Below, one piece after another: positions 42,927 to 54,900 of a DNA stretch of 64,000 bases. The notes under the pieces are model-generated. The model saw only the letters and a list, made by a program, of their open reading frames with translations, searched no databases and had not been told where the DNA came from. The stretch lies in assembly GCA_000004985.1 (NCBI GenBank), contig GG738845.1; one strand, 5' to 3'. The stretch's first letter is position 1. Each line of letters starts with the position of its first letter. The DNA comes from Naegleria gruberi (lineage: Eukaryota). The position numbers were made by a program, and so were the translations under genes.

Positions 42927-42938
42927 TTTGGCGCAAAT
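42927..42938. promoter_or_regulatory. E2F-like element TTTTGGCGCAAA, about 480 bp upstream of the Myb ATG. The 10-bp palindrome AACGGCCGTT follows at 42948-42957.
   Basis: GC-only cores sit in an AT-rich 960-bp intergenic region. Confidence 0.3.
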
Positions 42939-43343
42939 TTTTTTTAACGGCCGTTACAATAACGTTCATTTTTTCAAATGCTTGTTGTATCTAACACAGA
43001 GAAAATATCAACGCTAGTCATTTCTTCCTAATCACCTCTGTAGTATTAAACAAAGTTCTTGAAAAATAAGAATTAGATCCTCTTCACAATTCTGCCTCTT
43101 TATCTAACCATTCCTTCCCTAATTGACAACTGTTGTGTGGGGGTTATACTCTTCTTTTTTCGTCTTGAGCAGAATAAACTTTTTGAACAGCAAGCATAAT
43201 ACTATAATTGCTTGCAAATTAATGCTGAAGCCAATGGTGATATTTTAATTCCATCGCATGATGTGTTTCACATGCATATCATTATTATGTTTTTTTTTGT
43301 GGATTTTCTTGCAACATTTTTTAATTTCTTATTGAAACGATTA

Positions 43344-43358
43344 TTTTTCGCGCCAAAA
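43344..43358. promoter_or_regulatory. E2F consensus-like element TTTTTCGCGCCAAAA, about 900 bp upstream of Myb and 60 bp downstream of the HD-domain gene's stop
   Basis: It matches TTTSGCGCSAAA. Confidence 0.3.
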
Positions 43359-43417
43359 CGGTCAGTTATGTCTCGACAATTGATTATTCCAAATTCGTTG
43401 TTTCATGAAGTGATAAT

Positions 43418-44704
43418 TTATTTCGTTGTTCTACGTTTCATTGGAAGGAGTGTTTGTTCTTGATTATTCATTTCATTAAACATAATTTTAGCAAAATTGG
43501 AGCATTCTGAAATATATTCTAACTTCCCATCAGTTTGTTGGACCTTAAAGTCAACCACCCTCTTTTTTCTTTTTGGGAAATAGTCACTTTCTGATGGGTC
43601 ACTAACAATCTCTACATAGTTTTGGATAATATCTTGCTCGATTAATGATTCATTTTGTGTTGAAATAATGTTTGCTCTAAATTTCAAAGTATTAATAATT
43701 TCTGTTACTTTTTGATTCAAAATAGGTTGGGTAGGGCTAAAAATTTTCCCAAGACAATATAAATCATCTCCCCAAATCATATCTTCAATTGTAATTATAT
43801 TAATTTTCATGCATTCTCTCAATAAATCTCCAACAAGATCATTGAAAAATAAATTGGGGAGACCAAGGAAAAAATCAACCACTAACACCTTATAAACTTT
43901 CATAAAAAGTTCAGCAGATAACAAATCCTCAATGGAAAAAGAAATGATTTCCTGTTCTTCAAATTCAATTCTTTTAAGAGAAGACACCATTTTCGAAAAA
44001 TCTTCTTGAGTGAAATTTAACAATTTGTAACAATAAGAATCTCTTAGAGTATAATCAATTCTATCTGCACAAAGCATTGGAAAATCCTTTTCCAATAATG
44101 TGTAAGTGTCCAGTTTTAAATTTTCAACAACATCTTGCATGTTAAATTCTTTCAAAATATCCATAAGGGAGAGAGAATTTCCAATATAATTAATAAACTT
44201 ATCATTTGGAGCTTGAATAATGTTATCCAAAATAGTTTCATGGAAATCATCTTTTCTATTTTCCAAAATAATATCAACCAAGTGGCTAAAAGCTGTATGT
44301 GAAATGTCATGTAGTAAACCAGCTAATTGTTGCTTGTGATCTGTTGGGCTGAGTTTTCTAATCAGTAACATAACCCCAATGGAGTGTTCCAATCTTGTGA
44401 CGTTATACTTGTGAGTATTCCACAAGAAGAAGCCTCCTGCTTGATGAATTTTATCTAATCTTCTGATAGCACTGCATTTAAACAACAGGGAATGCAATAA
44501 TTGGGAAAATTTATAATCTCGTGTAAAGTCAAAAGAACCGTAAACAGGATCCTGTATTGTCAAAATTATATCATCAGTATGAGTAATTAAAGTTTGACGT
44601 TTTTGATCAACATCTCCAACAACTTGGTTCGACGAATAATTGCCAAAGTCGCCGAGAGCAGTAATCTGTGTTCCATTCATTTTTTTTACAGATTTTTGCA
44701 TCAT
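43418..44704 (-). CDS. HD-domain phosphohydrolase of the dNTP triphosphohydrolase (dGTPase/SAMHD1-like) family
   Basis: The start is two genuine ATGs (ATGATG). The protein carries the HD-domain histidine/aspartate motifs: ...RLEHSIGVMLL...AGLLHDISHTAFSH...CADRIDYTLRDSYCY.... These parallel RFEHSLGV / HDLGHGPFSH / DVDKWDYFARD in SAMHD1. Confidence 0.55.
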   Translation of the reverse strand: MMQKSVKKMNGTQITALGDFGNYSSNQVVGDVDQKRQTLITHTDDIILTIQDPVYGSFDFTRDYKFSQLLHSLLFKCSAIRRLDKIHQAGGFFLWNTHKYNVTRLEHSIGVMLLIRKLSPTDHKQQLAGLLHDISHTAFSHLVDIILENRKDDFHETILDNIIQAPNDKFINYIGNSLSLMDILKEFNMQDVVENLKLDTYTLLEKDFPMLCADRIDYTLRDSYCYKLLNFTQEDFSKMVSSLKRIEFEEQEIISFSIEDLLSAELFMKVYKVLVVDFFLGLPNLFFNDLVGDLLRECMKINIITIEDMIWGDDLYCLGKIFSPTQPILNQKVTEIINTLKFRANIISTQNESLIEQDIIQNYVEIVSDPSESDYFPKRKKRVVDFKVQQTDGKLEYISECSNFAKIMFNEMNNQEQTLLPMKRRTTK

Positions 44705-44724
44705 TCGAGTTAACTCATTGACTT

Positions 44725-46949
44725 TTATTTCATAAACTTCTTGAGGTATGTAAATTTTCTTCTCTTTTGTTTTTCAGTGAGCTTTTCGTAAGGTGATTGA
44801 TTATCAACAGGTTGTTCTTCTGGTTTTTGTTCAACAAGAATGGTTTGTTCATCCAATTCAAATGGATCATAACCTTTGGCTTGAATGATCTTTTCCTTCT
44901 TTCTCTCAAGAGACTCGGTATGAACATTGACACGATTGAAATCATCAATTTCACCTTCCCATTCCATTTCGTCCTCAGATTCTTCTAATGTAGCCTCTTC
45001 TTCTTCATCAGAGTTGTAAATGTCTTCTTCGTCATCATGATATTCTCCTTCTTCTTCGTCTTCACTTTCTGTAAAGTATTCACCATCGTCTTCCAATTCT
45101 TCATCATGATTAATGACAATGATTTCATCATTATCATTAAGCATTCCTTCTGATTGTATCTTATCATTTTCTTCCAAATCATCAACTTGAATATTTTCAG
45201 GAGGTGCATGGCAATACAGAATTTTACCATCTATGTAATCTTTCAAAATACGACGAGCAGCTGTTGGATAGTTGGGCACGAAATTCTTGGACATCAAACT
45301 CTTTGCAATACAAAAAGTCTTAAGTAAATTTTCTGGAGTAACAAATGTCATACGTTGTTTTCCAGGAAGTTTTGGGAACGACAAACCATATGTAAGTTCG
45401 AAAACACGTCTAGGAACACGACAACAAACCAATTCTATTGGTGGAATGTGATCTCTCATTTGGTGATCAATTGAAATAATACCATTTACAATCATTTCTT
45501 CCTTGGTTGTTGTAATTGATGGGAAAACTAGACCTGGACAGTCAGCAATCATTATACTTTCACCAATTGGAAGTGTTTGGAAATGTTTTGTTTTACCTGG
45601 AGTGGAACCAACTGCAACCTTCTTTTTACCACATAACACATTTACAAGTGATGATTTACCAACGTTTGGATAACCGACCATACCAACAACAACTCTACCA
45701 ATGTCACTCTTCTTATTTTCAGGATTGAACTTATTCATCAAACTCTTAAAGAAGAATAACAATTCAGATCTATCAAAAATATATGTCCAATCTTTTTCTT
45801 GGGGATTTTCATAATTAGTAGTATCGAATGAATCTAGTTCCTCTTGTTGTTCTTTTAAAAGATCTTCTCTGGTAATTTGACGATTTGCAATTTTAGAAAT
45901 TTCATTCAAAGCAGAGAAGAAGATAAAGTTAATCTTCTTCTTTTTAAAGTAGCATGCCCATTTGAATCTTTGCTTTTTTGTAAGCAAATCAGCCTTATTC
46001 AAAAGTAAAAAGTTTTCCTTTGATGAATCAACCTCTTTCACATACTTTTCTAAATCTTCACTTTGAAATAATAATGGATTACGAGAATCTACAATTTGAA
46101 TAACAATGTCACTTCTCTCCACAACACGCCATAATTGTCTCCAAACTTCAATGTTCTTTTCATATGGTGTGAGTGTAGCATCATAACTTTCTTCAATCTC
46201 TGCCAAATTTCTTCTCCACTTTAAGAATGATTCGGTTTCAAATTGAATGAGTTTCTTCTTTGCTAGTTCATTCTTTTTTTCCTTTTTCTTCTTTTTCTTC
46301 TTTTGTTCGGGCTCAGTTGACTCTTGAACATAATTCATCAAATCATAGGCTTCCTTTGGTCTTCTAGGTATTGGTAATTGTATTCCCATTTCTTGTAATT
46401 CACGAACACGTTCATAAATTTCATCTTGTGATTTTTCCTTCAAAACCAATGTTCCTTCAGCATAGGCTTCATCGTCATCATCTTGATTTTCCTCATCTAA
46501 AATTATTTCATATTATTTAAAAAAATTATTAATCAATGATAAAACATACCATCTCCTTCTTCTTCTTCATCCCTATCAACGACATGAAATTCTCTCCGAG
46601 AGCCATCTTCATCAGTATGTATTAAAACAGTAGCACTATCTTTTTCATACTTTTTTAAGCTCATCTTGGCGTTTAACATTAAATCTTGGAGATCTGTTGT
46701 TCCAATTAAACTTTCCAATTTTCCTCTGCCTTTGTTGAGCATATTGTGCATGATATTATCTTCACGTAAAATTTCTTCTTCGATAGGAAGTTCATCGGAG
46801 CCCATGGTTACGGTTTCTTTACCCAATATTGCATCAGCAACTGGTTCTTGATGTCTATCAGAAAACACCTTGTCCTTCTTTCGGTTACGAGCTTTTAAAA
46901 TTGTTTTACCTAATCCTCCGGATTTATTCTTGGTTCTTGTTCCTGGCAT
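44725..46949 (-). CDS. LSG1: Large-subunit GTPase 1 (LSG1), a 60S ribosome biogenesis GTPase. Exons 46949-46550 and 46496-44725.
   Basis: Exon 1 (MPGTRTKNKSGGLGKTILKARNRKK...) matches the LSG1 N-terminus. Exon 2 matches FLEWRR.L...E....LTPFE.N...WRQLWRV.ERSD.V.QIVD.RNPLLF..DLE.YVKE... and has the circularly permuted GTPase motifs NKADLL and GYPNVGKSS. The intron 46497-46549 (GTATGT..TTTTAG) is in phase 1. Confidence 0.85.
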
Positions 46950-47022
46950 TTTTTTGATTCAATTATTTACGTGAATGGAACAATTTAATGATTATACCAA
47001 TTTTTTTACTTTCTGTTGTTGA

Positions 47023-48676
47023 TCAGTGTTTTGTTGTGAGTGAAAAAGTGTGATTACATTTGAGAATTTCCTGTGTTTGCATTTGGGAAAGTCTGTTGCT
47101 TATTAAAAACACCTTTGTTCTTCCTAGAAGATCTCCTGTTGCCATTAGCATTGGATTATGTTTGTTGAACTCTAGACATGAAAGAGCCTTTCCATCTTGT
47201 GAAACGTCAATATCATTAATTGGCTCAGTTGTGGACTCTAAGAGATCGAACATGTATAGGTGTCCATTGGAGCTGGCAACAGCAACTACCATTGGACGAA
47301 ATGGAGAGAATTTAGAACAACTACTAGGATCAGTGGATGGTTGCAAAGTTAGAATATCTTTTGTTCTGAAAGCATTATATATCCTTACTAATCCGTCACT
47401 GCAACAAGACATAAATAAATCCTTATTAAAAGTATTGGCATCAAGAGTGTAAATAATTCCAGTTCCAGAGTCAAATTCAGATTCCATCTTTTCTTCCTTA
47501 AAGTTTACATTTGTTTTCTTTAAGGTAGCCATTTTTCTGGTGCTAATCATTTTAGAGTCTGATATCGATAGTTTAAACACATTTCCAACTTCTGTTCCTA
47601 AAATAAATGAGCTGTCAAGTGTTGGTGTTTTCTTTTGAGATAGGGCGCTACTGCCAAATAAATTTAAAAAACAAAGTGATGAACCACCCAAAGGAGTAGA
47701 CTTGAGTGGGCTATTCAGGGCAATCGCGTGAATAGGTTGCTCTAGCTTGTTATGTAAACTCCATAATAATATTTTTCCGTCTCCACTCATACTCAATATA
47801 AGAAATGAGTCATCATATCTATTTCTTACCCATTGAAGACTAGTTATTGGATCTCTATGGGAGTAGGATTCAATTGAGGTTTGGCAAAGAAGACTGTCTG
47901 TATCCTGATGAAGTTTGTAAACCTTAATACCTCCATCATATGTACCTGCTGCAATAATATTATGCTTATCTGGATGGAATGCTAATTTCATAACGTAACT
48001 CTCTTCGTTTTCGATTGTAACTTTTGGTTCTAGGTTGTAATCTGTATAAATATCAGGATTTATCAAAAAGAAACACATATATCCTGGATCAACACACCAC
48101 CCACTAGCCGAGGGTTTTCCAAAGCTCACACCCAACATGTTTCCTTTACAATTCCAAGATAAGTCAGTTACTGACAATGGTTCATGTAACTTTTTAATTA
48201 TTCTCTCTGGTAATTTTAATTCGTGAGCTGTTGACATTTCCTCAATATCCACAGACCAATTAACATCGTAATCAATGAACGATAAATAATGAACTGTTTC
48301 AGCGTTAATCAATTCCTTTTCCATTTGAGGGTAGACTTTTTTCAAGAATGTAGATATTTCTCCTTCATTGCTTGTTGTTTCATTCCTTACTCTTTTAATA
48401 ACATCCTCAATTGAGTCCGTTTGTATCTTCCCTTGTAAACATTTAAATAATTTACTTCCAACCTACTTCTTGATCGGCCACAATGCCTTGCTCCACTGAA
48501 AAATCATTACTAATACATGATGCATTGGATTGAACTCCAGAATCCTCAAAAGACAAACTCATCGTCTGTGTAGAATGGTCTGCACTCGGATTCTTTTTCT
48601 GGCCCCACTTTGAATTAAAATTGGCTCCTTGAACAAATCCGAACGAATAGAAAACTTCGTTATTTGCCTTGTTCAT
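47023..48676 (-). CDS. WD40-repeat protein of about 500 aa, possibly like a dynein intermediate chain. The main exon is 47023-48324 or longer. A probable 5' exon lies at 48676 to about 48457.
   Basis: The main ORF has WD repeats (...AAGTYDGGIKVYKL..., ...CCSDGLVRIYNA..., ...ASSNGHLYMFDL...). The upstream ORF (MNKANNEVFYSFGF..., genuine ATG 48676) can join via a GTAGGT (40-bp) or GTAAAT (64-bp) intron. The exact junction is ambiguous. Confidence 0.45.
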
Positions 48677-48705
48677 CTTGTATTTTTTTGTTGTTTGACC
48701 AAAAA

Positions 48706-48713
48706 TTTGGCGC
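48706..48713. promoter_or_regulatory. E2F-like element TTTGGCGC, 30 bp upstream of the ATG at 48676
   Basis: A GC-only core within an A/T run (AAAATTTGGCGCTTTTTTT). Confidence 0.3.
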
Positions 48714-48927
48714 TTTTTTTTGTACAAACATCGACAATATTCACTAAACTTTTTCCAGTGGAGCTTGATTAAATTAATATGGCTCTAATTCATGTTTTGT
48801 GAGAAACCTGAAGAAAGTTCCTGACACCATTGACATCACTATCCAAAACCAGGTAAAAATGTTTTAGCCCAAGTAAAAAATTATAATTATTTATTAATTT
48901 AAAAGTAAGCTAAATGAAATTGATAAT

Positions 48928-51900
48928 TTAAACAATTGTCTTTCTAATAATTCTTCCATCTCCACCAGATGTATAGAAAAATTGAGTGCTTATCTCAGAC
49001 CATGTAACACCTTCTTGAGTGAAAAGTTTCTTCTTTGGGTGAGTGTCTGGATAAAAGTATAATTGTTTCTTTAAATTCTTCATATCCCAAACAGTTATGT
49101 GACCATTGGAGCAACCAGTAACAAAGAAATCTTCTGTAACATCAATATTTAAAACTTGAATACTGTCATGTTGAGTGGAGGTCTTTTGTAAAAAACCATA
49201 ACTTCCATCTTCTGCATCAAAGATGTAAATATCTCCCTTCTTGGTACCAACAAGTAATAGTTTATACTTGTAAGAATAGCGAAGGGCAATTGGTTCATCA
49301 TTGTTAGGGAATAAGTAATAGAACATTTTAGCATCTTGATTTGGCAAGAATAAATCCCAAATACACAATTCGCCTCCCTTTTGTGATTGTCCAATAGTTG
49401 CAATCAAACTGCCTGACTCTAAAAATGAAAAATCATTTACCTTAGTGCCATGACAATGTAAATGATAAAAGTAATGTAGACTTTCCTTGGATGCTTCAAA
49501 TCTCCATAATGTAAGATAACCTGATGTATCTGTGACACCAAATTTGTATCCAAATCTGGAGAAACGAATGTTAGTAATTGGTGATGTACCAGGTTCTCTA
49601 TAAGTTCTCAAAGCATATTGGAATCCATATTGCCACATGAATACAGAACCATCTGCACCTCCAGATATATAGAAAGGTAAAAATGGATGAGATACTAAAA
49701 CGTTGGCTGTTTGATTTCTGTCAATTTTTCCAACTTTTTTGACTGGTTGTTTAGATGGAGGAACATTTGATTGTCTTCTAAAATGAGATGCAGATGGAGT
49801 TGTAGTCGTGAAGGAAGGTCTTTTACCAACAGAAAATCTTTGTTTAAGCTTGTTCATATAAGAATTGCTTGAATCGACAGAAGACATTGGATTGGAGAAA
49901 CCAATAAACTTTTTCAAATTCTTGTTGGACATGGCTTCATCATCATTTACCGTATCTAGGAAGTCAAAAACGTTAAAGTTTGAAATGCTTGGAACTTTAG
50001 CAATAGAAGAGGACTGCTGTACAAACTTGGTATTATTTACATCCTTGGCAGCAATTTCATCAAATCGGTGGAATGATTGATCCCAAGTATTGGCTTCCTC
50101 ATCTAAAAGTTTGTCAAGTGAAGGATTTCTCTTTCTGTATCTAATAGAATGTTCAATATTAATCTCTCTAATACATTTGCCAGATGCATATGCCAAATAG
50201 CTTGGGTTATTGGAGTCTACACAGAAAGATTTGATCAATTCTTTACATTTGACAATTTCAATATCTGCAGAGAATTTCAAAACTTCATCTGATTCTGTCT
50301 TTGAGAAGTCGGAGGAAGTTTCGGTAGTGTTCTCACCACTAGCAAATTTTGCTAGACTACTATTGACGCTTACGGAACTGCTAATATTTGGTTTTGGTTT
50401 AGATGATAAATCCATCAAGTAGCTCCATAATTGTTGGGAAGTTGGATCAGACTTGAAAGTATCGAAAATCTTTTCATCCTCTAACCAATGATCACTAATA
50501 CAAGACAAGAGAAGATTTTGTTGTCCTCCAACTTGTTCCAATCCCAACTCTGGTAGAGCATGTGCCAATGAGTGGAAATGATCCTTTGACGATTGAGTAC
50601 GTTGATGCATTTTCTTTGATCCATGAGAAAGGGTTTCTACCATGCTTGATAAATTATTTCTTGTTGAGAGTGCGTTTACATCTTTCAAATTAGGAGCCCC
50701 ATGCTCAGAGACAGTGTATACTTCCATTTCTCTATATTGAAGTCGTCTTTCTAAATGGGAGCACCACAATGCAGAACATGAAAGAGCAGTTTGTGCACAG
50801 AGTGAATATTGTTGCTTATTGATATCATCCCTCTTCTTTTGGGATTGTTTGACAAATCCAGAGTAGGTTTCATCATAGGCATGTTCAATAAAATCCTTTA
50901 GAGTTGTTGTAAACTTGAACACTACAAATGCATCAAACATTTCCCAATGAAATTGCTTTTCAATTCTTTCAACATCCTCGTTTCTATCACTTCCAGATTT
51001 TGTGGTCTTGTTGTGATAGTTTTCGAGAAGATTTTTGTAATAGTCTTTCTTCTTCTCAGCTTCTTCTTTGTTAATGATCAAACCGGATGTCTTATTGACA
51101 GGAGCTTTTTTCTTTCTTTTCTCTTCTTGGTCAATTTCCTCTTGCATTGCCTTGTTTATCTTATTATCCAACATCTTTTTCTTGAATTTTTTGTGGAACA
51201 TGGCCATTCTATCGAAAAGTAAATGATAAAACTTGTCAAATACTTCTTTTCCTTCAAAGCTTGGACGAGAGGACAACGAATCTCTTTCCTTTTTATCAAA
51301 ATCTTGATGAAGAGTAAAAAGTGTGAAAAGCCCCTCAAAATCACGGTTAAAGTATAAAATTACAAACATCATTGTCTATTCAAGTTAAAAATGATCTATG
51401 TTTTTTTCAAAATACTTACTAAAAGAGTTGATGAGAGATCTGATTGTTGGTGTTCGGTAATGATTACCTTATTGCTCTTCATTCTACTGTAACAATGGAC
51501 ATATTCCTTTAGTAATCCTTCTAAAACGTTAACTTGTGATTTTCTTAATTGATTCTTGATTACAAGAGAAAGTGTGTTTTCAACTTGATAAACAAAAGAT
51601 TCCAAAATTCTAAGAATTGAACTTGGCTTGGAGCAAAGTAAACACCTTGCTGCTAATAATCCATTGACTCTTGTGAACACTTTGAGCTTTTTGATTAGCA
51701 TTTGTTTGTCAATATCCAATTTTTCAACAAGCTCATCAATATCTGTCATTATCTTCTTATGATTCTTGTCCCAGTCACTGTGGTAATTTGAATTGGTACG
51801 ATAACAACAATCATAAAGTTCTTGAGAAATGATTGTGAGGGCTGTTTTGAATTTGAGAAGTTCAGTAAGATCAGTTTGTTCTTTAGCATCCTCAATGGAA

Positions 51901-54900
51901 ATAGTGGAAGAGTTCAATTGCTGTTGTTTAGTGTTACCCATTCCCATACCACTCATTCCACCAAACCCACTCAAAGTTCCACTTGCAAGATTTCCTGATG
52001 TGCCTGATCCTCTCATGGAGTTACTCATTCCCATATTGTTCATTCCACCAAATCCACTCAGAGTTCCACTAGATAGATTTCCAGAAGCCATGGAATTACC
52101 CATTCCCATACTGCCCATACCAAACCCACTTAAAGTTCCACTTGCAAGATTGCCCGAGTTAATGGAAGAAGTCTTACTCATTGAATTACCCATTCCCATA
52201 CCACTCATTCCACCAAATCCACTTAAAGTTCCACTAGACAAATTTCCAGAAGCCATGGAATTACTCATTCCCATACCACTCATTCCACCAAATCCACCCA
52301 AGGTACCGCTAGATAAGTTGCCAGATGTCATAGAGCTATTCATACCCATTCCCATACTACTCATTCCGCCAAACCCTCCCAAAGTTCCACTTGTCAAATT
52401 TCCTGAAGTACTAGGTGTAGTTTTAGGTGTCCCAAAGGCTCCCATATTGATTTGACCAGACATTAAATCATTTTGTCCAGTTGAAGTATTCAACTTTCTT
52501 TTAGAAGTATATTGTTCCATATTTTTAAGTTTCAATAAATGTTCTAAACAAAGTGTGTAAAGTCCAACTTGGCTATAATAATGAGCAGTTCTTAATAATA
52601 TTGGAAGAGCATGCTTTGCAACAAGATCTGATGAATTCAAGTGTGGCTTGGAATCTACCTTAATACAGAATGCAAAAAGAGAAGGATCAAAAGCTTCATT
52701 CTCCTCTCCTCTCTTGATGAGTGTTTCAATGGATGTTTCATACTTTTTCAGTGTCCACAAAATAACACCTTGCATCCATACATCCTTGCTTTCAGTGTAT
52801 CGTTGATAGAGTTCATTTTCCAACATGTTCTTACAGAAATTACTATCATCACCACAATATAGACGAGCAATGAAGAAAGCTAAATCGTATTCTTTGGCGC
52901 TTTTGATGAGAATACTGATAGCGTCTTTAGGATTATCAGCAAGTAAAAAATATGCGGCAGCATAGTAATAATCCTGTCTACTAAGTAAAGTATAGGCATT
53001 CTTAGATGCTGCTACTCTACATTTTTCATCTGTGAAATCCTTATTTAAGAATTCAGCAACCTTCTCATTACCTTTGAGTTTGAAAAGTCTAGCCAATGCT
53101 CCTTTCTTCTTAATAGCCATATAATACAAAGCACATTTGGTAGGATCATTTGTTTCCTTATAAATTTCTGTTGCAAGTCGTTCAGCAACCTTTCTCAAAG
53201 AATTATTATTCATCCAGTAACAAACACCCAACTGTTCTACAAGTTTCCAACAAATATCCTCTTCTTCTGGGCAAATCATACGCCATAATGAATCCTGTGT
53301 TTCAGAAAGTAAAGCCCAAGCTATCATTGAACTGTTTACCTTTTCTATTAATAAATTATCATGCTCCGTTGATGATTTTGAAGAATCCCTCATTTCGGGT
53401 TTTCTTTTATCGTATAGAAACTGTAAATACTTGACTGTCACAAGATATCTGATACCAGCTGGATCTAAGGCTTCAGGATTTCTTTGAAGCTCAATAAAAG
53501 TGTCAACTACAGCCTGTAAGTTCATTTGCTCTATCTTTGAAATGCCAGGTAAGTGAATACTACTTTTAGAAAGGAGAGAGTTTAAATAATGGACATCGGA
53601 ATAAATGTTAATTTCTTCTTCTTCAGTTTCTGTCGGGGTTTCCTTCTTTTGGTTTTCTTCTTTGGCTATTTCTTCGTCAATATTTGTGAACTTGTCAAGG
53701 AGTGTTCTTCTCTTTTGTACAACAGGTTCTGTCTTCTTTGATTCTTCCTTTAAGAGAGAGGTCACTTTAATTGATGGAATTTCCAATAGGTGAGAATAGT
53801 CCTTGTCCTTATTTAGATATTCTTCAATTTTATCATTCTTCTTCTTTTCAACCAAATCTTCATAAATCTTCAAATGCTTAACTAAATGATGTATAATTGT
53901 CTTGATTATACTAAATCTTCCATCCATAAGTAATTCTAAAAGGAAATTTGGGTGATAGTCTACTAGTCTTCTGTGCGTAAGTAAGGATTCTGTATTAAGA
54001 GTTGGTTCAGATGCCAATTTGAAAAGAGACATTAGAGCAAGAGAATCATCATTTTGTTGAGTCTTTGTGTACACATGCAAAGATGAACCAAAAGAGGCGA
54101 TAATAGCCTTATCCTTTGTAACTGTAATTTTGGAACATGGATGACCTTTAACTGAAGGCATAAATTGTGTAACCTTTTTCCAGTATTGTTTTTGTTGTTT
54201 GATTATTCCTGGAGGTATCTTTGATTGAGTGTAGTACAATATCTTGGAATCTGTTCCAATACAAATAACAAACTGACCGTCTCCATAGCTCAACCATTCA
54301 AAATCGTGCACGAAATCACTCTCTGTATTGATAGATTGTTCTAATGTGTATGTTACATGGGATTCATTTTCCCAAATTTTTACACAACTTGAGGAAGAGG
54401 TTGTAGTAGCAATTCTAGAAACCAATTCACAGCACCTAACAGTAGTAATTGGTTCTTTTTCGGCTCTAAACTCGAACCACTTTTGTAATATGAGTTTTTC
54501 CTCATCTGTATTAATACTGGCTGTAGAAGAGCTAGAATTGGAAGTAGTGGCGGTAAATTTTCCAAGAAGACCACCAATCTTTGGTTTCGGAGGCTCTTTG
54601 ACTTCATTTTCCTGTTTTTTCAATCTTATTACAGAGACAGTACCATCCTTATTACCCAGAGTAATAACTACCACTCTTTGATTAGAAAAATACTTCTTAA
54701 TACTGGATTCATTTGATAAAGCTGTCTTACTCTCTACAGTAAAATGTTTTAAAGTTGTATATAAAATTAAATGACTTACTATGAATATCATACACAAAAG
54801 GAACTCCTTTTACACAGTCTGCACTGCAAACGATCTTTTCAAGATTTTGTTTGATAAGGGTTTTACATTCGAATTGATTTACATCATTTTGCTTTGCCTC

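Noticed and set aside
46533-46949. 138-aa ORF MPGTRTKNKSGGLGKT... as a separate small gene
   Set aside because: It is exon 1 of LSG1. It joins ORF 44725-46449 via a 53-bp GTATGT intron and matches the LSG1 N-terminus.
51829-52455. 208-aa proline-rich ORF on the plus strand (IPIPLIPPNPLKVPL...)
   Set aside because: It is the antisense reading of the Gly/Ser/Met tandem repeat inside the DMXL-like coding exon. The sense strand has strong homology support.
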